A stretch of 64,000 bases of DNA from Patescibacteria group bacterium (GTDB lineage Bacteria; Patescibacteriota; Microgenomatia; UBA12405), in assembly GCA_013387215.1 (NCBI GenBank), contig WARW01000003.1, positions 10,227-74,226 on the forward strand. The letters are read 5' to 3'. Positions 45,526 through 55,810 of the stretch are shown here, piece by piece; the stretch's first letter is position 1, and each line of letters starts with the position of its first letter. The translations under genes and the position numbers were made by a program. Under the pieces are notes generated by a model that did not search any database, was not told the origin of the DNA, and worked only from the letters and a program-made list of their open reading frames with translations.

Positions 45526-48213
45526 ATGAGTATTTTAGATAAATTAATTAAAAAACCGGCAGCTGCACCAAGTACTACTCCAAGTACAACCCAAACTGAT
45601 CCCGTTGAAGAGACCAAACCTTTTACTGAAGGATTAGTGTCGACAAAAGATATTATTGCCCCATCTGCCTTAGAAGTTGATTTTAATCATTTAAGAATTG
45701 ATAATAAATATTACCGAACTTTGTTTGTGGCTGGATATCCAAGATTTGTGGGTATTAATTGGTTGTCGTCTTTGATTAACTTTGATGCTTCTTTGAATAT
45801 TGCTATGTATGTTTATCCAACAGACGGCAAGGCAATTTTGGATGATTTGAGGCGAAAAGTAACGGAAATGGAGGCAGAAATCAGCACTGACATTCAAAGA
45901 GGTAGAGTGGTTAATCCAGCAACACAGGCTAAACTTGAAGATGCATTAAATTTGCAAGCAGATTTAGTAAAAGGTGAAGAAAGATTTTTTCAATTTGGAC
46001 TTTATATTACGATTACTTCAGATTCAAAAGAAGAATTAAACAGAATCAATAAAAATTTGGAAGCAGCTTTGGGATCACTTTTAATTGTGAGCAAAAAAGC
46101 TACTTTGCAAATGGAAGAAGGATTTGTGACCACTCTCCCCGCTTGCGACGATAAACTGCAAATTACCCGAAACATGGATACGACTTCACTAGCCACTACT
46201 TTTCCATTTGTGTCTTCTGATTTATCAGATGATAAAGGAATAATGTATGGAATTAATGCCCACAACGGGTCTTTAGTTATCTTCGACCGATTCTCGATGC
46301 AAAACTACAATTCAGTAGTATTTGCAACTGCCGGTGCCGGAAAGTCTTACATGATAAAACTTGAGGCATTAAGATCTTTAATGCTTGGTTCAGAAATAAT
46401 TGTAATTGATCCAGAAAACGAATATAGAGATTTGTGTGAAGCAGTTGGCGGACAATATATTGCCTTTGGATATGGTGAAGTTTCAAAAATTAATCCTTTT
46501 GATTTATCTTTGGTAGAAGAAGATGGTGAAAATGCTTTAAACAGCAAAGTTTTAAGTCTTCATAAACTTTTCAAAGTGATGATTGGAGCTATGGATCCAA
46601 TTGAAGAATCTATCCTAGATAAGGCAATTATGGAAGCTTATAAAGCTAAGGGAGTGACACCAGATCCAGAAACACAAAAGAGAGAACCCCCGTTGATTGA
46701 AGATTTATATAAAGCATTAATCGGGATGGAAGAACAAAAAGCCCAAAGTTTGGCTGCCCGATTTGAAAAATTTATTAAAGGTTCGTTTGCTGGAATATTT
46801 AATCAAAAGACAACAGTTAATTTGACTAATCCGTTTGTGGTTTTTGGAATTAAAAATCTTGAAGATGCTTTAAGACCAGTAGCTATGCAAATTATTTTGG
46901 ATTACATTTGGACAGTAGTTAAAGCAACTTTAAAAAGAAGAATCTTAGTGGTCGATGAAGCTTGGTATTTGATGCAATATGATGATTCAGCAGAGTTTTT
47001 AAGAGGAATAGTAAAAAGAGGCCGAAAATATTATTTAGGAGTAACAACAATTACCCAAGATGTGGATGATTTTTTGAAAACTAGTTATGGAAAGGAAATT
47101 GTGACTAACAGTGCTATCCAAATTCTTTTAAAACAACATAGTGCGGCAATTGATCAAATCGGTGAAGTTTTTTATTTATCGGAAGGAGAAAAACAATTAT
47201 TATTAAGCGCAGATAAAGGTGAAGGAATATTTTTTGCCGGTCAAAATCATGTGGCTATTCGAGTTATCTCTTCCGATGACGAACATCAATTAATTACTTC
47301 CAACCCAGAAGAGGTTTTAAAAATTAAAAAAACCCAAGCACAAGCTCAAGATTTACCCAAGCCTCCAGTGTTTCCTCCAATAAAAGAAAGTCCTGTGGTT
47401 AATGCTCAGCCAATCAATAATCCAACTCCGATAAATAAACCAATAATTGAAACTAAACCGGAAATTCCTATGACTCCTCCAACATTAGTTGTTGAAAAGG
47501 TAGTGGAAATTAAAATGCCAGAAATTAAGACTCAAGAGACAAATAATGTCAATCCAAGCCCGGTAATAAATAATCCGACACCAGTAAGTCCAACTGTTTT
47601 ACAAACTCCAGCAAGCAATTCTGGGAATCGACCAGAAGTGGTAGTTTTAGATTTACAACAAAGAATTAATGAACTTGAGGAAAAAGAAAAAATAGAATTA
47701 AAAGAACATCAAGAAAAAGAAGAACAAATTAAGCAGGCAAACCAAACACCGGTGTTTACAAAAGAAGGTGAATTGCCAAAGTATCAAGATATATTTAAAA
47801 CACCAAATCCAGTTCAAACAAACCAACTTCCTCCTCTGCCAAAATTAGACCAACCAGTAAATAATAATGTGATTTTAAAAACGGAAACAATTGGAAACTC
47901 AACAAATAATTCTCAATCAAATAATTTGGAAAACAAAAAACCAATCTTTTTGAATCAAGTTGAACAAAAAATTCCGCAGCCACCACAACTGGCCAAAAAA
48001 ATTGTGCCAGAATTTGTGGCGCCAACTCAAAAAACTCCAAGCCAATCTCCTACTCCGACAAGTGAAATAAAACTGCCACCAGTAAAAGCAGCTTCGATTA
48101 ATCCAATACAAACTCCGATTGCAAAAGTAGAAACTCCTAGCACTAATACAGACAAACCTAAAGAAGAGAAAAAACTGAATTATGATGATATTTTTGGTGA
48201 CGGGATTGTGTAA
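45526..48213 (+). CDS. VirB4-family T4SS ATPase with ~300-aa Pro/Thr/Gln-rich C-terminal tail
   Basis: Walker A 'ATAGAGKSY', Walker B 'ILVVDEAWYLM'; low-complexity proline-rich C-terminus; start at internal ATG (MSILDKL) abutting upstream stop. Confidence 0.85.
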   Translation: MSILDKLIKKPAAAPSTTPSTTQTDPVEETKPFTEGLVSTKDIIAPSALEVDFNHLRIDNKYYRTLFVAGYPRFVGINWLSSLINFDASLNIAMYVYPTDGKAILDDLRRKVTEMEAEISTDIQRGRVVNPATQAKLEDALNLQADLVKGEERFFQFGLYITITSDSKEELNRINKNLEAALGSLLIVSKKATLQMEEGFVTTLPACDDKLQITRNMDTTSLATTFPFVSSDLSDDKGIMYGINAHNGSLVIFDRFSMQNYNSVVFATAGAGKSYMIKLEALRSLMLGSEIIVIDPENEYRDLCEAVGGQYIAFGYGEVSKINPFDLSLVEEDGENALNSKVLSLHKLFKVMIGAMDPIEESILDKAIMEAYKAKGVTPDPETQKREPPLIEDLYKALIGMEEQKAQSLAARFEKFIKGSFAGIFNQKTTVNLTNPFVVFGIKNLEDALRPVAMQIILDYIWTVVKATLKRRILVVDEAWYLMQYDDSAEFLRGIVKRGRKYYLGVTTITQDVDDFLKTSYGKEIVTNSAIQILLKQHSAAIDQIGEVFYLSEGEKQLLLSADKGEGIFFAGQNHVAIRVISSDDEHQLITSNPEEVLKIKKTQAQAQDLPKPPVFPPIKESPVVNAQPINNPTPINKPIIETKPEIPMTPPTLVVEKVVEIKMPEIKTQETNNVNPSPVINNPTPVSPTVLQTPASNSGNRPEVVVLDLQQRINELEEKEKIELKEHQEKEEQIKQANQTPVFTKEGELPKYQDIFKTPNPVQTNQLPPLPKLDQPVNNNVILKTETIGNSTNNSQSNNLENKKPIFLNQVEQKIPQPPQLAKKIVPEFVAPTQKTPSQSPTPTSEIKLPPVKAASINPIQTPIAKVETPSTNTDKPKEEKKLNYDDIFGDGIV

Positions 48214-48249
48214 GTTTTAGGTCTGAATGATTGATATAATTTGTATAAA

Positions 48250-48283
48250 CAGTGCCTTGTTAATATCTAACACTGTTTTTTAC
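48250..48283 (+). terminator. possible terminator/attenuator after VirB4 gene
   Basis: aacagtg-N16-cactgtt followed by TTTTT; large loop, weak. Confidence 0.25.
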
Positions 48284-48316
48284 GCTTTTGTAAATTTTAT
48301 TTATATCTTGTAATAA

Positions 48317-51300
48317 ATGCCAGATCTAGCGACTGCTCAGAAAAATCCGATTGAGAAAAAAATAGACTACTTAAATGCGAGTGAAATTTCGACTCCTGAA
48401 GAAGCTATTGAGGTATTAAGAGAACTAAGAAATATTGGTGGAAAATTAATTAAAGGAAGTGTTCTTGAAAAAAGTATTGAGAATTATTTAGGCGAACTTG
48501 AGGTTTATGATGTGCCAAGCGTTATTGAAGCATTGAAAGACTTTGAGACAAAGACGGATGATAATTTTGATAAAGCGGCAGTTCCAGTCGCAAAAATTGA
48601 TGAATTAGTAGACGAATATGAAGAATATCTAGAAAAAGGATTTGACAGTGAAGAGGCTGCAGATAAAATTTATAAAGAAAATAAGGGATTAATTTCAAGA
48701 AAAACTATTGATAGTTTTGTTCAAAGACAACGAGAAATTTTTGAAAACAATTTAAAGAAAGTAAATGAAACTAAAAAACCTTTAACTCAGGAAAAATTAA
48801 TCGATTTAAATAAATACCGACAAGAAAGTGAAGCGACAACTCAAAACATAAAGACAGGTTTTAATGAAAAAGATAATAATTCCGAAAATAATGTAATTGA
48901 TTTAGGGAAATATAAGCAAAATACGATTGATGATTTTTATGATTTAAAACCAGACGTAAAAGAAAATAAAAAATATGATTTAAAACCAGAAAATAAAGCG
49001 AAAAAAGTTATTGATTTGGACTCATATATTCAAGGAAAAGAAGAGGTTGAAGATATAACTACTAATACTGATGCAGGAAAATATGAATCAAATAAAAATA
49101 AAGTAGAAGAACAAGTTGAAATAATCAGTAAAGAACAATTTAAATTTGAGAATAAAGTTGAAGAAGAATTATTAAAGTATCAAAAACAAGACATAAAATC
49201 AGACAGCAGTGTTGATGAAAAAGTAAAAGAAGAATTAAAAAAAGTATCAAGAGATATTTCAAAACAAACATTCGAATCTGTAGTTTTAAACGAAAAAGAT
49301 GTGGATATAGAAACAGTTGATAGAGTTGTAGAAAAGATAAGCGATGAATTGCCTTACTCCATAATTAAACCAGAAGAAAAAGAAACATTTAAAGCTAATT
49401 TAAAAGAAGAAATTGAAGTCGTTACCGCTAATATTGCCGTTGAAGCAAAAACTGAGGAAATTAGCCAGAAAATAATTTTAGAATTAAAGAAAGACGAAAG
49501 AACCGAGGAATTAATTAAGAGAAACAGCGACGTTGTTGAAAATAAAATCGAGACAGCAGTTAAGAATGTAATTTTAGGCGAAGAGGTTGTTACTAAAACA
49601 GAGCAAATAAATGACTTAAATTCCGAAATTATTAGGATTCTAAAAGAAGAAGATGTGAGCGACTTTAAACACGAAGCTCCAGTAAATAAAACCGCCATAA
49701 AAACAATCGATTTAGAATTAAATAAATGGGTAGAAACAAATAGAGAAACGGTTCAAGATTTTAGAGGCGATCATCTTGAAAAAATAATTGATCTTCAAAT
49801 CCAAAAAGAAAATCCATATTTAAGCGAAGAACAAAAAGTCCAAGTCCAAAAATATAAACAATTAATCAGAGAAATATATTATTCCGACAGCACACTTGAA
49901 AAATATAAAAATGATGCCGTAAATAATGCCTCTAAAACTAATAGTCCAGGACAAATAAATCAAGCTTGGACCGATTTAAAAGGAATAACAAATTTACTTA
50001 AAAAAAAGCCTGGGGATGTTAAAGATATTTTTAAAAGATATGATGACATTAAAAAGGGACTTGGCAATATTAATTTACCTTTTGATATTAAAGAATGCCG
50101 ATCTTTTGAGAATATTGCAAATGTTTTAACTAATCCCCAAATTAACGTTTTATTTGGAAAAGCGCAAAAATACATTACTTATCTAGAAAAATTAGATAGC
50201 TTTTCAGGAGGACTTTTGGGAAAAGCCGGAATGAAGGGGGCTAATTATATTATAGAGAGAATTGGCAACCAGGCAGTAAAGGCTTTTGCAGAAAATTCAT
50301 TAAAAATAATTGCAGAAAAAGGTTTACAGGAAGGTTTTGGAATTGTATTGAGAGGAATTTTAAGTGGTGGTGTGCAAGCTGGTGCTAGCGCAGCCGCCAG
50401 CGGAGCTGCAGTAGCAGGTGGAGCAGCGGCAACAGGAGTAGCAGTAGTCGGAGGGGCGGCTTTATCAGCAACAGGAGTTGGAGCAATTGTAGTAGCGGCA
50501 GCGACAGTTTTAGGAGTAGTAAAAAAAGTTGTTAATAAAATAAAAGATGGGATTTTAAAATCTTTAGGGATTGAGTCTGGTTTATTTGGAGCTAAACAGT
50601 TTTTTCAGGATAATTTTGGTAAAGGTTTAGGTGGAATATTAGGTAAAGGAGTAGAGTTAGTAGAATTATTAGTAGTAGGAACCATTGCTTTGGTTGCAGC
50701 TGTTTCAGCAGCAGCAGTCGGCCCAATAATAATTGCCTTTTTTGTGGGATTATTTGGATATCAAATGCTTCAAGGACACACTGTTTCCAGTTTAGTTCCA
50801 CCAACCACACTCCAAGACAGCACAGATATAAATGAGGAAGGCGGACAAGTTTTTGATCCAGGCAGTGTTCATAGTTTAAATTTAAGTTTTAATGTGCCAG
50901 TGGTAGGCGCTGAGTTTACTCGAGCGGATTTAGTGAATGTGGCCCAATCATTATTGGGATTACCTTATTTTTGGGGCGGAAAATATCCTCATAAAGGAGC
51001 AAACCCTAGCTGGGGGCAATTAAAAACAGTAACTGCTGATAAGAGTTGGTCAACCGGACTCCAAATTCCATCAGGATTAGATTGTTCTGGATTCGTTGAT
51101 TGGGCTTATTTTCAATTAACAGGCAGACAAATTTCAAACGGCGGCGGATCGGCAGATATCTGCAATTTAGCGGCACCAGTGGCTAGAGCAAGCTTAAAAG
51201 CTGGAGATGTGGGTTGTATGGATGGCCATGTAGCATTGTGTATTGGAACTGATCCGACAGATGGAGAGCCATTATTTATCCAAGCTGTTGGTCAAAGATA

Positions 51301-51430
51301 TAGAGATAATTCAAAAGGGTTGGTGGCTGGTCAAGTTTTGATATTAAAAGAAGGGATAGAATATAATGGTTATGTAGGACCTACTTTTACTAGTTACGGA
51401 CGACCAAATGTTACTTTTAAGGATAATTGA
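48317..51430 (+). CDS. large T4SS-associated cell-wall hydrolase: acidic coiled N-region, Gly/Ala-rich TM core, C-terminal NlpC/P60 domain
   Basis: 'GLDCSGFVDWAYFQLTG' catalytic Cys, 'GHVALCIG' His; hydrophobic Gly/Ala-rich segment aa ~650-800. Confidence 0.7.
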   Translation: MPDLATAQKNPIEKKIDYLNASEISTPEEAIEVLRELRNIGGKLIKGSVLEKSIENYLGELEVYDVPSVIEALKDFETKTDDNFDKAAVPVAKIDELVDEYEEYLEKGFDSEEAADKIYKENKGLISRKTIDSFVQRQREIFENNLKKVNETKKPLTQEKLIDLNKYRQESEATTQNIKTGFNEKDNNSENNVIDLGKYKQNTIDDFYDLKPDVKENKKYDLKPENKAKKVIDLDSYIQGKEEVEDITTNTDAGKYESNKNKVEEQVEIISKEQFKFENKVEEELLKYQKQDIKSDSSVDEKVKEELKKVSRDISKQTFESVVLNEKDVDIETVDRVVEKISDELPYSIIKPEEKETFKANLKEEIEVVTANIAVEAKTEEISQKIILELKKDERTEELIKRNSDVVENKIETAVKNVILGEEVVTKTEQINDLNSEIIRILKEEDVSDFKHEAPVNKTAIKTIDLELNKWVETNRETVQDFRGDHLEKIIDLQIQKENPYLSEEQKVQVQKYKQLIREIYYSDSTLEKYKNDAVNNASKTNSPGQINQAWTDLKGITNLLKKKPGDVKDIFKRYDDIKKGLGNINLPFDIKECRSFENIANVLTNPQINVLFGKAQKYITYLEKLDSFSGGLLGKAGMKGANYIIERIGNQAVKAFAENSLKIIAEKGLQEGFGIVLRGILSGGVQAGASAAASGAAVAGGAAATGVAVVGGAALSATGVGAIVVAAATVLGVVKKVVNKIKDGILKSLGIESGLFGAKQFFQDNFGKGLGGILGKGVELVELLVVGTIALVAAVSAAAVGPIIIAFFVGLFGYQMLQGHTVSSLVPPTTLQDSTDINEEGGQVFDPGSVHSLNLSFNVPVVGAEFTRADLVNVAQSLLGLPYFWGGKYPHKGANPSWGQLKTVTADKSWSTGLQIPSGLDCSGFVDWAYFQLTGRQISNGGGSADICNLAAPVARASLKAGDVGCMDGHVALCIGTDPTDGEPLFIQAVGQRYRDNSKGLVAGQVLILKEGIEYNGYVGPTFTSYGRPNVTFKDN

Positions 51431-51869
51431 TCAAATAATTGAATTTGTTAAAAAGCATAAAATAATTTCTGGAATTTTGGGAGTTTTACTATTTTTTTTA
51501 TTACTCCAATTAAACAACCCTAAAACCCAAACAAAAACCAAAACTGAAAATCAAAATAAAATTGATCAAAATAATAGTTCAGAAACAGTTAATTTAAAAG
51601 ACCACCTTCTCCCCACTTTATCAACTGCAAAAACAACCCCTGAGCCATTTGATATTACCAACAGTGATCCCCAATATCCTTTAGAACAATTTTTGCCATA
51701 TGAAGGTAAAGGATTTACGGTGGAAAAATATTTAGCGCCATTAGTATTGGAAGTGAAGGTAAAAAATAAAGCTGATATTTCAAATATTGAACCGTTATTA
51801 AAAGCATGGTTAAAAGATAAAGAGCTAATTAAGGGCGAAAATAAAATCACTTGGAAATACGGTGAATAG
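51408..51869 (+). CDS. hypothetical membrane-anchored protein
   Basis: N-terminal TM then soluble domain; no motif. Confidence 0.35.
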   Translation: MLLLRIIDQIIEFVKKHKIISGILGVLLFFLLLQLNNPKTQTKTKTENQNKIDQNNSSETVNLKDHLLPTLSTAKTTPEPFDITNSDPQYPLEQFLPYEGKGFTVEKYLAPLVLEVKVKNKADISNIEPLLKAWLKDKELIKGENKITWKYGE

Positions 51870-51897
51870 TTTTTGGGAAATATAATATAATTTTAAT

Positions 51898-52326
51898 ATG
51901 AATCTTTTTCAGTTCGTAAAGAAATATCAATTGATTTTAATTTTAAGTTTTATAGCAATAAGTTTGTTTATAATTAAATCGGTTTACGGATATAAAGATT
52001 CTGGAGTGAAACCAGAAATTTCTATCTCGCCTACTCCATCGGCTTCAGCTGAAATTTCACCAACAAATATCCCAACAATTCCTGTTTCCAGCTCAAGTTC
52101 TAAATTAAAAACTTCTATTATTAAAGAAGTATCAAAAAGTGCAACAAATAAGTTAAAATTACCCTACTCTTCAAAAAATTTTATTGTTCAAGAATTTGAT
52201 TCGGTTAATACTTTTAAAGTAAAACTATTGAATCCTGATAAGGCAGTTGTTATACAGGAAATAATAAAATGGCTGGAGAAGAATGGATTAAATCCAGTAG
52301 ATTACCAAGTAGTTTTTGTTAATTAA
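51898..52326 (+). CDS. hypothetical membrane-anchored protein
   Basis: N-terminal TM, Ser/Pro-rich linker; no motif. Confidence 0.35.
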   Translation: MNLFQFVKKYQLILILSFIAISLFIIKSVYGYKDSGVKPEISISPTPSASAEISPTNIPTIPVSSSSSKLKTSIIKEVSKSATNKLKLPYSSKNFIVQEFDSVNTFKVKLLNPDKAVVIQEIIKWLEKNGLNPVDYQVVFVN

Positions 52327-53441
52327 TCTTGCAAACGGACAGGCATGATGATGTGGGTGAATTGAGGATCAGATTGGTCATGAAAACAGCCAGGAGTTAA
52401 TGGTTCATTTAATTCAATTAAAATTTCTTGGCTTTTACAAACATTTAGGAAATCAGATAAGAATTTATAATTAAAAGCAATTTCTAAAGTTTCCCCTTCT
52501 ATCTTAGATTCAATTGAAGCTTTGTTTTGACCAACTTGAGGAGCATTGGCGGTAATATCGATGGAATTAGTTTTAATATTTAATTTAATAACATTAGCTG
52601 ATTCTTTAGCAAAAACTGAAGCAATTTTGACTGCTTGAGTAAATTCATCTTTATTTAAAAATAATTTAGTAGTGAAAGATTCAGGAATAATTCTTTTATA
52701 TTCCGGATAATCCCCTTCAATAAGACGGGAAACCAACTCTACGTCGTCTAGAACGAATACAACTTGGTGACCATCAGGTGTTAGCCCTATTTTTATTTTC
52801 TTGGCGTTTTTAGCAAGTTTAGTGACTTCGATTAAACTTTTTGCCGGAATTAAGAAAGTAATTTGGTCAGAATTTAAATTTATTGGATTGACGAGTTTAA
52901 TACTTTTAAAAGAAAGTCTAAAACCATCGGTGGCAGCTAAGGTTAAATTATCTTCAGAAAATTGACAAAGAATAGCAGTTAAAGCTGGTCGAGTGTCATC
53001 GGTGGCAGCGGCAAAGGCTAGTTGGGTAATAGCTTGATTTAAAATAGACAAATCGATTTCAAAGGAAGTGTTTGGATCGATACTTGGAAATTCAGGAAAA
53101 TCAGCAGCACTAACAGTGGTAAAACTTGATTCAGATTTAGCAGAAGAAAGAGTAAGTAAATTATTCTCATTTAAAGTGAGGTCGACTTTACCTGAGGAGA
53201 GATAAGAAACAAATTCTGTAATCTCTTTGGCTGGGATAGTTATACTTCCCTCTTCTTCAATTTTGGCACCAATCCAATAATTAATACTCAACTCTAAATT
53301 AGTAGCTGAGAGTTTAAGACGACCATTATCAGTAGATAAGAGAATGTTATTAAGAATAGGTAGTTGTGACTTAGAAGAAACGAACCGAGACACATTACTT
53401 AGGGCAGTTGTAAGATTCTCTTGTAGAAGGGAAAGCTTCAT
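52323..53441 (-). CDS. dnaN: DNA polymerase III beta sliding clamp
   Basis: 'MKLSLLQENLTTALSNVSRFVSSKSQLPILNNILL' typical DnaN N-terminus; 372 aa; downstream of dnaA. Confidence 0.9.
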   Translation of the reverse strand: MKLSLLQENLTTALSNVSRFVSSKSQLPILNNILLSTDNGRLKLSATNLELSINYWIGAKIEEEGSITIPAKEITEFVSYLSSGKVDLTLNENNLLTLSSAKSESSFTTVSAADFPEFPSIDPNTSFEIDLSILNQAITQLAFAAATDDTRPALTAILCQFSEDNLTLAATDGFRLSFKSIKLVNPINLNSDQITFLIPAKSLIEVTKLAKNAKKIKIGLTPDGHQVVFVLDDVELVSRLIEGDYPEYKRIIPESFTTKLFLNKDEFTQAVKIASVFAKESANVIKLNIKTNSIDITANAPQVGQNKASIESKIEGETLEIAFNYKFLSDFLNVCKSQEILIELNEPLTPGCFHDQSDPQFTHIIMPVRLQD

Positions 53442-53701
53442 TGGCTTTATGTTATCAACAAATTAACAAAGTTTAAAGCTCTTAATAAAATTAAATATTT
53501 ATATCAAGAATAGTAGTAGGTATTAGTAGGGAGAGTGAATAAGTGGAGTATTTTTTAATTTGACCGAAAATTTGGCAATTTTTAAATAAAATAGTGGTGG
53601 AAAGTATTAAAATGGTTGTAGTAGTGGTGAAAAAAGATGTTTTTATCTTATAAGGTAAACTTGAGTTTGGGTAAGTTTCGGGGGAAAAGACAAAATTAAA
53701 A

Positions 53702-53743
53702 TGTGGATAAGTTTGTGGATAAGTGGAATCCAAGTGTGGAAAA
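53702..53743. promoter_or_regulatory. DnaA-box cluster in dnaA-dnaN intergenic region (oriC part)
   Basis: TGTGGATAA at 53702-53710 and 53714-53722 (perfect reverse complements of TTATCCACA), TGTGGAAAA at 53735-53743; AT-rich flank 53442-53700. Confidence 0.6.
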
Positions 53744-53755
53744 CTTCAGACAGGG

Positions 53756-55117
53756 TTAGAAAGCACTTTTAATTTGGTTGATAAGTTGTCTGAGTTGTGG
53801 ATTAGTGGAAAAATCAGTGCTGACTTTGTCACGGGCGTGCATAATACTGGTATGGTCGCGGCCACCAAGCAAATGCCCTACTTCTTCAAGGGGTAAATTT
53901 ATTTCTGTTAATAAAAGATAAGCAGTGATATGGCGGGCGGAAACTAATTCTTTTTTACGGCTTTTTCCGCAAAGATCACTAGTTTTTATATTAAAATGTT
54001 TAGCACAGATAGAAATTATATGGCGAGGAGAAACCTTTTCAGAGCTGACAGAAAAAATCGAACTAGAATTAGGATTAGTTTGAGGGTGTAAATAATTTTC
54101 AATAAAATCCACATCAATCATACTGACTCGTTGGGCCATGGATTGAACAACAACCTCTTGGAGTTTACCTTCAATTTCACGAATATTTGCAGGGATATTA
54201 TTAGCAAGAACTTGAACGGCTTCAGGAGTTATTTGAACGCCTTTTTCTTCGACTTTTTGATTAATAATAGCGACCCGCATTTCATAGTCAGGAAGCTGAA
54301 TATCGACGGTTAATCCCCCCATAAACCGGGAAACTAAACGATCTTCAAGGCGATCGATTTCACTAGGCTTGCGGTCGGAAGTTAAAATTACCTGTTTTCC
54401 GGCCATATGAAGAGCATTGAAAGTGTGGAAAAATTCTTCTTGAATATATTCTTTGCCAGCAATAAATTGAATATCATCAACTAAAATACAATCAAGTTTT
54501 CGATATTTATCTTTAAACTGATTCATGTTTTTAGATTTGAGAGCGCTTATCAGTTCATTACTAAAGGTTTCGGCGGGAAAATACTTAATTTTCATGTCAG
54601 GAGAATGCTTTAGAAGTTCATGGCCAATAGCCTGCATTAAATGGGTTTTACCAACACCGACTCCACCCCAAATAAAGAATGGGTTGTAAGAAAGACCAGG
54701 ATTTTTAACAATACCTTGAGCGGCAGCATAGGCAAAATTATTACTATTGCCGACAATTAAGGTTTCAAAAGTATATTTAGGATGAAGACAAGAGAAATCG
54801 ATAGTGTTTTTTTGAGGAGAAAAGGAGAAAAGCGGGGCGGAAGTGCTGTCTACTATAGAATCCCCTTTTGGGGCTTCCTGGATAATAAAATTTAAAACAT
54901 TACTGGATTTAGTTTGGTTATCAAGGGCACTTTTAAAAAGATCGTAATAGCGTTTATGATTAATATCAACTAAATAAGAATTAGGACAAGCAATAATAGC
55001 AATATTATTTTCAATACTGATTAATTGAGTTTTGGCAACAAAAGTTTGGAAGACAGCGGGAGCTAGAACTATTTTAAGTTCCTCTTGTGTGTTTTTCCAA
55101 ATTCTTATCAAATCCAT
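53756..55117 (-). CDS. dnaA: chromosomal replication initiator
   Basis: AAA+ Walker A 'GGVGVGKTHLMQAIGHE', 'ILVDDIQFIAGK', C-terminal DnaA-box-binding 'HTSIMHARDKV'. Confidence 0.9.
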   Translation of the reverse strand: MDLIRIWKNTQEELKIVLAPAVFQTFVAKTQLISIENNIAIIACPNSYLVDINHKRYYDLFKSALDNQTKSSNVLNFIIQEAPKGDSIVDSTSAPLFSFSPQKNTIDFSCLHPKYTFETLIVGNSNNFAYAAAQGIVKNPGLSYNPFFIWGGVGVGKTHLMQAIGHELLKHSPDMKIKYFPAETFSNELISALKSKNMNQFKDKYRKLDCILVDDIQFIAGKEYIQEEFFHTFNALHMAGKQVILTSDRKPSEIDRLEDRLVSRFMGGLTVDIQLPDYEMRVAIINQKVEEKGVQITPEAVQVLANNIPANIREIEGKLQEVVVQSMAQRVSMIDVDFIENYLHPQTNPNSSSIFSVSSEKVSPRHIISICAKHFNIKTSDLCGKSRKKELVSARHITAYLLLTEINLPLEEVGHLLGGRDHTSIMHARDKVSTDFSTNPQLRQLINQIKSAF

Positions 55118-55196
55118 AATTATTTTTGTTTTATAAAGGCATTAATATGCCTATTTTTAGGCAGGAAATAAATTAACTTCGGGGCAGAGATTTAAG

Positions 55197-55228
55197 TTAT
55201 CCACATTATAATAAAGTAGTTTTCCACA
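55197..55228. promoter_or_regulatory. DnaA boxes upstream of dnaA
   Basis: TTATCCACA at 55197-55205 (perfect), TTTTCCACA at 55220-55228. Confidence 0.55.
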
Positions 55229-55323
55229 AAAGAAAAGATGTCAGTTTAGGGATATTAAAGTCATTTTAATACAAATTCAGATTAATTACAAAAGTGGCGG
55301 TTGTTTATGATAAAATACTTTCT

Positions 55324-55461
55324 ATGTCTAAGCAAACTTTTCAACCAAAAACTAAAAAAAGAACCAGAGTTCACGGATTTTTAAAAAGAATGATGTCTCA
55401 TGACGGCCGAAACGTTTTAAAAAGAAGAAGAGCTAAAGGTAGAGCAAAACTAACGGTATAA
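55324..55461 (+). CDS. rpmH: 50S ribosomal protein L34
   Basis: 45 aa [45 protein letters not shown]; below track size cut-off; classic position before rnpA. Confidence 0.85.
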   Translation: MSKQTFQPKTKKRTRVHGFLKRMMSHDGRNVLKRRRAKGRAKLTV

Positions 55462-55468
55462 TTAGTGA

Positions 55469-55810
55469 ATGCTAAAGAAAATTAACCGGATTAAAAGCAA
55501 AAAAGATTTCGGGGAGATTAAAAATCGAGGGGTAATGTATCATTCCCCTCTTTTTAGTTTTGTATATATAAAATCAGAATTAAACGATCTAACTCATACT
55601 CAATTCGGTTTTATAATTTCTAAAAAGATTTCCAAAAAAGCTGTAGATAGAAATAGAATTAAAAGATTATTATCCTCCAGCCTGCAAGATAACTTAGAAA
55701 AATTTAAAAATAATTTAAAGGGAGTATTTTTAGTAAAGAGAGTGATTTTAGAAAAAGACCAAACGGAAATTAATCAGGAAATTGAAAAACTAGCAGATAG
55801 AATACAATGA
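55469..55810 (+). CDS. rnpA: RNase P protein component
   Basis: Basic 113-aa protein following rpmH; 'FGFIISKKISKKAVDRNRIKRLL' RnpA motif. Confidence 0.8.
   Translation: MLKKINRIKSKKDFGEIKNRGVMYHSPLFSFVYIKSELNDLTHTQFGFIISKKISKKAVDRNRIKRLLSSSLQDNLEKFKNNLKGVFLVKRVILEKDQTEINQEIEKLADRIQ

Noticed and set aside
53491-53733. 80-aa minus-strand ORF in the dnaA-dnaN spacer
   Set aside because: Lies across the DnaA-box cluster and AT-rich origin region; translation is low complexity; more likely non-coding oriC sequence.
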